Shown here: piece after piece, positions 12,470-22,158 of the stretch
Layout of the letters: the number at the start of each line of letters is the position of its first letter
Numbering within the stretch: the first letter of the stretch is position 1
From: Macrostomum lignano
Taxonomy: Eukaryota
Direction of reading: 5' to 3'
Length of the DNA stretch: 64,000 nt
Assembly (NCBI GenBank): GCA_002269645.1
Contig: NIVC01000384.1
Coordinates: 547,526-611,525 of the forward strand
Translations under genes and position numbers: made by a program
Notes under the pieces: generated by a model
Seen by the model: the letters and a program-made list of their open reading frames with translations, nothing else
What the model was told of the DNA's origin: nothing
The model's database searches: none

Positions 12470-13134
12470 TCAATCTAGCGACTTCTCCACAGCTGAGTTT
12501 CTTGTCGCTGTATCGCCACCGCCACTTCCTCCGCTGCTGACGGAGACGTCCTGACCACGGCGATGCAGCAAACAGGCCGTCAAATCTCGTCGGAACTCCC
12601 GACTGCGCCAGGCTAGCAGCAGCCAGCTGATTGACAGGTCGAAGACAATGAGCAGCTCGGTGATGTGACACACCATGATTACAGTTTCAAGCAGGGCGAG
12701 GTTCGACTCGGGGCTCACAGTGTACGTCATGACTGCGGTGGTCAGACAGGGCGCCGAGCTGATCAGGAGGGCGCAGGACATCGCTAGACAGACAGTGCAG
12801 CTGCGAACGGCGCTGTTAGCTGCTCCAGCCGCTGCAGCCTTGACCTGCGCCTGCATCAGCTCCTGTCGGCGTCGGCGGATGCGCACTACTCGAACCAGGA
12901 GGGCGGAGTTCGCCACCAGCATGGCCAGTATGAGCAGCACTGGCGGGTAGCCAAGCCCGATGTCGTAGAGGATGTTGAAACTGCTCATCCCGGAGTCTGA
13001 GCTAGCGTACTTGGCGCAGGACATCGACCCCGTGACCGGGTTGGCGATCCAACGGGTCGCGGCGAACAGATAAGCGGCCGTGGCAACGGTTGCTAGGCAG
13101 ACCAGCCCGCAGACTTTGTAGGCCACGCTGCTGT
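12470..13134 (-). CDS. GPCR-3 exon 2 (TM4-TM7 + C-tail); spliced protein 419 aa from ATG 16286
   Basis: Acceptor attcAG| at 13135. The phase-1 join gives RSQRLDSSVAYKVCGL, collinear with both paralogs. GYPP, SAPC and SISWLLLAWRSREFRR motifs match the GPCR-1/2 equivalents. Confidence 0.88.
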
Positions 13135-13149
13135 CTGAATATGGGGTGC

Positions 13150-15630
13150 GAGGATCGAATTAGTGGAACCCGACCCACCCGTATTACTGTTTGACGTACG
13201 CATAACATACCCATTTGACTAAGTGTTCAACCTGAAAGACAGAATACAAAACCATGATGTAACCACGCTCTGGTCGCGGGATAGGGCATGGGAACTTTTT
13301 CGAAAGTGCCTCCTATCCCGTGCACCCTCTGCACAGAGCTGTCGAGACTCGGCCAGGTCTCCGACCGGGCCTGGAGACTCCCGCTCTGCTGCACCCCTCC
13401 TGCTGCCTTGGTCCCGTCTCTCCTGCCGCCACACCTGCCTTTCCGGAGCCCCTACCCCTTTCTGTACCTCCCCCTCTACCCTATCTCTTCTGTTCCCGCC
13501 CTATTCTTCCTGTACTTTCTCTACCTCCTCCCTTTTTTTGTCTCCCTCTGCACTCTTTTCCTGCGCTGTCCCCTCTTTCCCTGTGTCTACTTACAGTACT
13601 TTGTGTGCTCACCGTCTCCCCATCCCCTCTCAAACTCCCAAACGGTGACGCAAGTCGTGTGACCCCTTCTCCCCCTCGGTGACTCATCGATGACTCATCC
13701 CCCTCTCTTGCGCAACCTTTTCTCACGCTATTGTTCTCCTTCCCAAATTTCTCATGTGACACCCACCCCACCTCCGCTTCTATTGTTCTCGTTTTTGCTT
13801 CTTTTGTTCTCTCGACCCCCACCAATTATCACATTTTCTCCGATTTTCTCTTTCTTTTGTTCTCGTTTTCGCACCTAATTATCACCTTTTCTCCAATGTT
13901 TACTTTTCCATTGTTCTCAGTTTTCCCCAATTATCCCCGATTTCCAATTCCTTTGTTCTCGACCCCAGCCCTATTGTTCTCAATGTTTGCTTGCGCAACA
14001 CTTTCGCGACCACCCGCTGCGCCAATTATCCCCCACCCCACCTCCGGATTGCGCAATTTCCCGATTTCTCATGTTGCTATGCCGGTCTCATGCTTCTCAT
14101 CATGACTCATTCTGACGTCATTCTGCCGGCAGCCAATCAGAGAGAGGGAGCCATGGTAACGACCTTGAGGAGGCGGCTGTGAGGTCTATAAAAGGAAGCG
14201 ATTTCGGCATGAGAATGCTCAACTGAGTTTATCTCTGTTCCTCTCCTCGTCCTTCTTTGGACTTGCTGTCAGATTGAGTTCTGACCCATTCGTCTATAAG
14301 ACGAATCCCTGCCGGTCCGCGGTCTGTTACCGCCAAGTTATCCTTAGCTCCCCAAGTGAGCTCGCCTATCGGCCAGCGGTCTGATACCGCCCAGCATCAT
14401 CAGCATCGCCTGATCTACATCAGCGCCTCGTCGCTCCAGCGCATCGCCGCTTCACCGTCTGCCTGACTGCAGCCTACAGCCGCCCTCGGTCACTCCGTCT
14501 CTCTCTCTCTCTGTGCAGCTGCCGGTAAGTTCCTGCTACTAATTTGTGCTCTAATTGCCTTTGCTTATCCGGGGTTTGCCTATTTTCCATTGTCTGATTA
14601 GAGAGCTGAGCCAATTGTGATACCGTATCTTTTGCTGTATTTTACTCAATAGTGAAGCCGCCTAATTGCCTACTTATTTGCCTAAGGGCCTAATTATTAA
14701 CTATTAACTAACTTCATCATTATTCAATCTTTCACCATCATTTCACTCATGGCTTGCCAAGCCTTTCTCCCGGGGTGGCAAAGCATAAGGAAGTTTGGGT
14801 AAGCTAATGGCCTCTCCCCGTGCAAAGCCCGCCTGTGAGTGCGTGCTGCGGGGCCGCGTGTGCGTGCAGTAGAGGGATTAGCGAGTCTTGGCACAGAATG
14901 GCAGTAGGAAGGTTGCAACCCCATGCTAACGCGTCCCTTCGCCCTGAGCAATCTAAACTGTAGACAGTACATGTTCGCCTCATACTACTCTTAGTAATCA
15001 AAGTCGCAAGTCAGCCTCGCTCACAGCCACAAAGGATCCCCTGCTGAGAAATCCTCCAGGATTGAGCCCAGAGTTCCCGATCATGCCCCAAGCAGAGTCC
15101 CTGTACTCGGCTGCATGCGTCTCCCCTGTTAGCCTAAATCCCCTGGTAACCAATCCAGGCGGGGCTCTAGCCTCGAGAGGTCTGGTAGAAAGATCCAGGT
15201 GCGCCAGGTCACATAGAGTGGTGGCAGCCACTCGGTCATACCATGACCGAGTGACCAACTATTGCACCTTGGCTACAGGTGGGGTCCATGTGGGTCCTTG
15301 GCCCTCTGGTCACGAAGCGCTACCAAAGCTACTAATCATGTGGGCGGGACAGTCTGGTGCTGGAGGTCCGTCAGGTCATTGCCCGGTCATAGGCAGCCTA
15401 CGGTCATTGCCCCCTCTAGCCATGCGTTCGTCTCTCTACGGAGCGGACAGGCGACAAGGGCGGTTACATCAACCAGATCCCCAAGTGTTTAGCATGAAGG
15501 CCAAAGGTCAAGCCAAAAGACGATTAGAAGTTAATAGGGCCGCTGTACATCATGTGTGAGCCTGATGAGTGCGTGCCTGAGTACAGTATTGGCGCGCTTG
15601 TAAATAAATGCTCAGGAGTCAGCGGAATGG
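13150..15630 (+). mobile_element. Probable retroelement-derived insertion in the GPCR-3 intron
   Basis: Long pyrimidine-rich tract (13430-14100), compact promoter-like module (14102-14194), strong donor at 14525 and AATAAA at 15603. The 3' block is shared with 11723-11825. No recognisable protein domain. Confidence 0.35.
14102..14194 (+). promoter_or_regulatory. Pol II promoter-like module (AP-1, CRE, CCAAT, TATA)
   Basis: TGACTCA 14103-14109, TGACGTCA 14113-14120, CCAATCAG 14133-14140 and TATAAAAG 14187-14194, in canonical order. Extra TGACTCA at 13680 and 13692. Confidence 0.5.
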
Positions 15631-15671
15631 GCGGATGCTGGTGCCCGCAGCCCTCCTACATGATGCCTGAA

Positions 15672-16100
15672 AGTTTCCCGAGCGTCATTACCGAGCCGCT
15701 GACTGCGGAACGGGCGCCACATGGCCAACGCTCTGTCGCACGCCATTGCGGTGAGCAGCCCATATGCCAGCAGGATCAGCCAGGCCATCAGGAAGCTGAC
15801 TGTCTGACAGGCTGCATCGGACACGTCGCCGATAATCAGACCGGCTGAGCCGCCGCTAAGCCACGGCAGGCCGTAGGGCAGGAAGAACTGCAGCAGCCCG
15901 TAGCTCAGCACCGCGCCGCAGTTCGCGGCCGACGCGGCGCCCAGGTAGACGCTCTGGCGCGTCCGGCGCTCCTTGGCGCGAGCTCGACGGAGCAGCAGCC
16001 AGGCAGACAGGGCGTTGCCGGGCGCTCCAATCAGCACGACGACGAGCGTCGGGATGCCCGAAAGAATGCCGAGTACTGAGGACAGAGCGCACAGGAGGCG
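15672..16100 (-). repeat. 429-bp inverted repeat, copy B (GPCR-3 TM1-TM3 + 20 nt of intron)
   Basis: Reverse complement of 7886-8314. Confidence 0.95.
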
Positions 16101-16286
16101 ATTCCAGTTGAGGTCATCTGGAGTGCCGCAATGGCTGTGAATGTCATACAAATGCCGGCCATTTTCATTGACTAGCGTTGAGTTTCCTCTGGCCTTAGCA
16201 ACTGTAGCTAGAGCTGTCAGACGGTGAATCGAAAACGCGGAATTTTTCGTCAAATCGAGCAGAAATTTGGCGCTTTGGAGACTCAT
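15692..16286 (-). CDS. GPCR-3 exon 1 (N-terminus, TM1-TM3)
   Basis: First ATG at 16286, NST sequon; the true start or an additional 5' exon is uncertain. 16100-15692 is nearly identical to GPCR-2 exon 1. Donor G|GTAATG at 15692/15691, phase 1. Confidence 0.8.
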
Positions 16287-16602
16287 CGGCGTTGCTAACT
16301 GGACCAACGTTTTGTTTTTTTCAACTAAAGTTCTCGAAATTTTTTATGAGTTATGAGATACTCGTATTTTATAAAAAAGCACGTTGAAGCAGTGTTTGAC
16401 TTCAAGTAGGCAATTGAAAATACTGCGCATGGCTGGCATGTGGGAGAGTGGCACCTGCAGTTGACAGCTTGTCACATGGAGCTATTCTTAACCTTTGCAA
16501 TCTGATAAAAAAGCTTCGTCTACCTCTGAAATTGGGGCAATATTTCGCTATATCGCTGCATTCGCAATGTTGCAATATTTCGCTGACATCACTACTTAGA
16601 GT

Positions 16603-18835
16603 ACGGCGTAAAAAACCCTGAAAAAAGAGTGTACAAAATGGATTCATTTTTCAAAGACAGTGTTCTAATTCTAAAGATGGTGTCCTACTCCTGAAGACGG
16701 TATCCTATTCCTAAAAGGTTGTGTCTCACTTCTTAAGATGGTATCCTATTCCTGAAGATATTCCTAAAGATGGTATCCTATTCCTGAAGATGGTGTCTCA
16801 TTCTTGAAGCTGGTGTCTCATTCTTGAAAATGGTGTCTCATTCCTGAAGATGGTGTCTCATTCTTGAAAATGGTGTCTCATTCCTGAAGATGGTGTCTCA
16901 TTCTTGAAGATGGTGTCTCATTTTTGAAGCTGGTGCCTCATTTTTGAAGATGGTGTCTCATTCTTGAAGATGGTGTCTCATTCTTGAAGCTGGTGTCTCA
17001 TTTTTTAAGATGGTGTCTCATTCTTGAAGCTGGTGTCACATTTTGAAGATGGTGTCTCATTTTGAAGATAGTGTCTCATTTTTGAAGATGGTGTCTCATT
17101 TCTGAAGATTCTGAAGATGGTGTCTCAGACGGCGTAAAAAACCCTGAAAAAAGAGTCTAAAAGATGGATTCATTTTTCAAAGACAGTGTCCTAATTCTAA
17201 AGATGGTGTCCTACTCCTGAAGACGGTATCCTATTCCTAAAAGGTTGTGTCTCATTTCTTAAGATGGTATCCTATTCCTGAAGATATTCCTAAAGATGGT
17301 ATCCTACTGCTGAAGATATTCCTAAAGACGGTATCCTATTCCTGAAGATGGTGTCTCATTCCTGAAGATGGTGTCTCATTTTTGAAGATGGTGTCTCATT
17401 CTTGAAGCTGGTGCCTCATTCCTGAAGATGGTGTCTCATTCTTGAAGATGGTATCCTATTCCTGAAGATGTTGTCTCATTCTTGAAGCTGGTGCCTCATT
17501 TTTGAAGATGGTGTCTCATTCTTGAAGCTGGTGTCTCATTCTTGAAGCTGGTGTCTCATTTTTGAAGATGGTGTCTCATTCTTGAAGATGGTGTCTCATT
17601 CTTGAAGCTGGTGTCTCATTTTTGAAGATGGTGTCTCATTCTTGAAGATGGTGTCTCATTTTTGAAGATGGTGTCTCATTCTTGAAGATGGTGTCTCATT
17701 CTTGAAGCTGGTGTCTCATTTTTGAAGATGGTGTCTCATTCTTGAAGATGGTGTCTCATTCTTGAAGCTGGTGTCTCATTTTTGAAGATGGTGTCTCATT
17801 CTTGAAGCTGGTGTCTCATTTTTGAAGATGGTGTCTCATTCTTGAAGCTGGTGTCTCATTTTTGAAGATGGTGTCTCATTTTTGAAGATGGTGTCTCATT
17901 CCTGAAGATTCTGAAGATGGTGTCTCAGACGGCGTAAAAAACCCTGAAAAAAGAGTCTAAAAGTTGGATTCATTTTTCAAAGACAGTGTCCTAATTCTAA
18001 AGATGGTGTCCTACTCCTGAAGACGGTATCCTATTCCTAAAAGGTTGTGTCTCACTTCTTAAGATGGTATCCTATTCCTGAAGATATTCCTAAAGATGGT
18101 ATCCTACTGCTGAAGATATTCCTAAAGATGGTATCCTATTCCTGAAGATGGTGTCTCATTCCTGAAGATGTTGTCTCATTCCTGAAGATGGTGTCTCATT
18201 CTTGAAGCTGGTGTCTCATTTTTGAAGATGGTGTCTCATTCCTGAAGATAGTGTCTCGTTCTTGAAGCTGGTGTCTCATTTTTGAAGATGGTGTCTCATT
18301 TCTGAAGATTCTGAAGATGGTGTCTCAGACGGCGTAAAAAACCCTGAAAAAAGAGTCTAAAAGATGGATTCATTTTTCAAAGACAGTGTCCTAATTCTAA
18401 AGATGGTGTCCTACTCCTGAAGACGGTATCCTATTCCTAAAAGGTTGTGTCTCATTTCTTAAGATGGTATCCTATTCCTGAAGATATTCCTAAAGATGGT
18501 ATCCTACTGCTGAAGATATTCCTAAAGATGGTATCCTATTCCTGAAGATGGTGTCTCATTCCTGAAGATGGTGTCTCATTCTTGAAGCTTGTGTCTCATT
18601 TTTGAAGATGGTGTCTCATTCTTGAAGCTTGTGTCTCATTTTTGAAGATGGTGTCTCATTTTTGAAGATGGTGTCTCATTTCTGAAGATGGTGTCTCATT
18701 TTGAAGATGGTGTCTCATTTTTGAAGATGGTGTCTCATTTCTGAAGATGGTGTCTCATTTTTAAAGATGGTGTCTCATTTCTGAAGATTGTGTCTCATTT
18801 TTGAAGCTGGTGTCTCATTCCTGAAGATGGTGTTG
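16603..18835. repeat. Higher-order satellite: four blocks, each a ~200-bp leader plus a variable 20-bp minisatellite array
   Basis: Leader acggcgtaaaaaaccctgaaaaaagag at 16603, 17129, 17929 and 18329; subunit tgaagatggtgtctcattct. Confidence 0.95.
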
Positions 18836-19741
18836 TAGTTGCAGATGCATTTCCATATTGCAGAAGCGGTTACATTCTGAAGACAACCCTGCAATGCCTT
18901 TAATTTAATGATGCTGAAAAATGTGCTCTATAAAAATCGTTAGAACATATATTTGCTACTGTATTGAAACTAAATAAGGCGATTGATTAACCAATAATTT
19001 TGATTCTGCAAAAGCTCGTTTACTGGGAGGCGTGCAGATGACATATATAGAGAGAGATTTCGAGGGAAATAACGAGGCACAAAAACAGTTCAGCAGATTG
19101 ACTGATCATTGCAGCGAGATTATCCGCTTAGTGTACTGGATTTCAGACACAGAAGAGGAGAATTGCCCACTCTCCTCACGGCGAGGCCCAGCTAGAAAAA
19201 TGCCTTACTACAGGCGATTTTTTCAACTATCTGCCCGTTGCCTCAAAGTGCTATGGGAAGGGAGAGAGAGAGAGAGAGAGAAGGCGATAGAGGGTAAGCT
19301 GCTTGGGTAGGAAATTACGGGGAAACGAACGATTTTTGGGGACCAGAAACGGAGCTGGGGAGCGAGAAGCGGTGAAGGCTGAGGTACTCGCGTCCCAGCA
19401 GAACTGGTGAGAAAGTACAGGAGTGCAGCATCAGACACTTGCGATGGGGTTTGCGCGCCTGGCCAGTATTTTCTGCCTTGGATTGGCATTGATTGGCTGA
19501 GCGAGGACGTACTGGAGGCGTCAGGCAGAGGGCGGAGGGGCAGAGGGCAGAGGGTGAAGCCAGGAGATGCACATGCGGCCAACTCCCCAGAATTATTGAA
19601 ATTGTCCAACTCTCTTAGAGCTGCATGGGGAAAGACACTGAGAGAGAATTTCTAATGATGATCTGGGATTTATCAGTATTTCATTGCTTTGTATTTTGGT
19701 AGTTTAGGTAGAAAATGCCTGCGTTTAATATTCACACCGAG

Positions 19742-19808
19742 ATGAAATCATCTGGATTCAAGATCGTGATGACGCTGTTCGTGTTGCTTCACGCGGCCTC
19801 CTGTCAAG
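19742..19808 (+). CDS. Ly6/three-finger protein exon 1 (signal peptide)
   Basis: MKSSGFKIVMTLFVLLHAASCQ is a hydrophobic signal peptide (upstream in-frame ATG at 19715). Donor G|GTGAGA is phase 1, typical of Ly6/uPAR genes. Confidence 0.75.
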
Positions 19809-20022
19809 GTGAGATAGCAACTTACAATACATGTCTGCAGTTTCTATATTCTCTAATTATGAATATGACTCAAGGACAACTTAAGTTACTTAAGATGTGT
19901 CGAGCCTCTTGGGTGTAGGGGTTTGCAATGTCTGTTGGTCGGGAAAATTCGAATTACAGCCATTGGACTCTGACGCAGCCAGAGGGGAGTGTCAATAGTC
20001 TCAGGAATTAGTTAGCCTTGGT

Positions 20023-20350
20023 ATTTACTTACTTGACTCAGCTGTAGGGGATTCCAGGCATCCGGATGCAGTGGGGAGGCGTCGCCGCCCATTCCGCTAA
20101 CGTACCCTGGCGACCACGGGCAGCTGGTGCTGCGGTGTCGCGCAGGGAGATCCGGCGGTCCCCCACCTGGAGCCCTTAGGTAGCGGACGAGCTAGCAGAG
20201 ATTCTCGGGCCTGAAAACGTCGGTGGGGTCCGGGTTTGGGCAGAGGTAGGCGAGCCTGTCCTGTGTAAAGGCGGGGCAGTCACAGATGAAGTGCTCCGCA
20301 TTCTCGACACCGGAGAGGCAGAATGGGCATTCCTCGTTACCGATTTTTAC
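20023..20350 (-). mobile_element. 5'-truncated non-LTR retrotransposon (LINE) 3' end in the Ly6 intron
   Basis: The minus strand encodes KIGNEECPFCLSGVENAEHFICDCPAF..R, the CCHC zinc knuckle typical of LINE ORF2 C-termini. An in-frame stop is followed by LVRYLR, a 3' UTR and an aagtaagtaa tail. Confidence 0.8.
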
Positions 20351-20402
20351 CCTGGAAGTGACGATGTCTGGTAAAACAGCCATGTCCCAACCCCATGCGC
20401 AG

Positions 20403-20839
20403 TTTTCCCCTCGGACTCGGCCGGCGGCATCAGCTGCTTCCAGTGCCACTCGGTGAACAACTCGGACCCTACGTGTCACGACCCGTTCGACTCGGCTCTG
20501 CTCCCCATAAAGACCAGCATCTGCTCCGAGGGCCGGCGCGATCACCGAGGCAAGTTTCCTGGCCGGTACTGCTTCAAGATAAAAGGTAGACGAGCCTCCG
20601 ACGGAGTGGAAATCGTTGTTAGACGCTGCAGCGTTGACACATTGGTTGACAACACGTTGAAGAGTCACTACGGCCACTTCAAGATCGTCTCCGGCAACAC
20701 TACGGAGCAGTTCTTCGGCACCGTGTCGATGTGCCGCTTTGACGGATGCAACGCAGCATCGGCGCTGAGCTCAACCATCTGGCTGACCCTTGGTGCCGCC
20801 CTATCACTGCTCCTACGTGCAACTGGTTGCGGCTTCTAG
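20403..20839 (+). CDS. Ly6/uPAR (quiver/sleepless-like) GPI-anchored three-finger protein, exon 2; spliced protein 167 aa
   Basis: Acceptor cgcAG| at 20402. ISCFQCHS...TCHDPF, YCFK, RRC and the terminal DGCN motif, followed by small residues and a hydrophobic GPI signal (AASALSSTIWLTLGAALSLLL). Confidence 0.88.
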
Positions 20840-20995
20840 TGCCCAGCAGGTTGAATGACGCGAACTACTGAAAAGATAAAAGATTAAGATCGTGACAATG
20901 CTGAGAGGAAGGGGGCAGAATAACTGGTCAGAAATGCTCCCGACTCAACTCCCGAAATCTTGGTTTTGATTCAGTGTGCAGATTAGCCTGCAGGC

Positions 20996-21377
20996 CAACC
21001 CCCTGAGTCAAACCCATGGAAGCCAACCCCCTGAGTCAAACCCATGGAAGCCAACCCCCTGAGTCAAACCCATGGAAGCCAACCACCTGAGTCAAACCCA
21101 TGGAAGCCAACCCCCTGAGTCAAACCCATGCAAGCCAACCCCCTGAGTCAAACCCATGGAAGCCATCCCCCTGAGTCAAACTTATGGAAGTCAACCCCCT
21201 GAGTCAAACCCATGGAAGCCAACCCCCTGAGTCAAACCCATGCAAGCCAACCTCCTGAGTCAAACCCATGCAAGCCAACCCCCTGAGTCAAACCCATGGA
21301 AGCCAACCCCCTGAGTCAAACCCATGGAAGCCAACCCCCTGAGTCAAACCCATGGAAGTCAACCCCATGAGTCAAAA
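20996..21377. repeat. 28-bp minisatellite, 14 units each containing TGAGTCA
   Basis: Unit aaccccctgagtcaaacccatggaagcc. Confidence 0.95.
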
Positions 21378-22045
21378 GTCCAGTCATAAACGCTGCACAT
21401 CCTGTGTGAGTGTATGTACTCAGGGCTCAATAGAGTCAACACAGATGTACATGTAGCCGGATTCCGACTGTTGCTTGAGCTCTTGAAATTGCCTACTTAA
21501 AGTGTTCAAAGCCCATCTGCTTACTAATTAGCACAGGACTAATTAGTAACTGCGTCTTTGCGCCATTGCAATTCGAAGACCCAGCACCATGCAGCTCCTC
21601 CGCCTGCACACTACAGGTAGAAAAACTAAACATCGATAGGCCTAAGTCGCCTTCAGAAACTGTCTGCATTCATTATAGTTTCGAAAAAGCTGAACTCGAA
21701 AAATAACACAAAGTTCCAGCTGCTTTTCTACTTTATGACCATTATTATTATGAAATCTACTTGTTTTAATCTTCGGTTTTCACTGTTTTCTTAAACACAC
21801 ATCTGCAGTAAAATATTTCCTCATCGAAATAACGTCGATTTCAAATTACGGAATGGTCATTACGGAATTATTATAAATGATAATCTAAAATCTGTCTGTT
21901 TCATACCACGTTCAATTGTCTCATTTAAAACTATATTTTTGCAACATTGAATATATACTCGTATACTACTTTTTGTTTGCATATCTTCATATAGTTTTCA
22001 TTAAACACCTGCAAATTTGAGATAATGGACTGCAATCCCTTTTAA

Positions 22046-22083
22046 TCTGTCTTAGTGTCTGTCTGTCTGTCTGTCTGTCAGAG

Positions 22084-22158
<75 letters not shown>
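22046..22158. repeat. (TGTC)n microsatellite
   Basis: Direct inspection. Confidence 0.95.
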
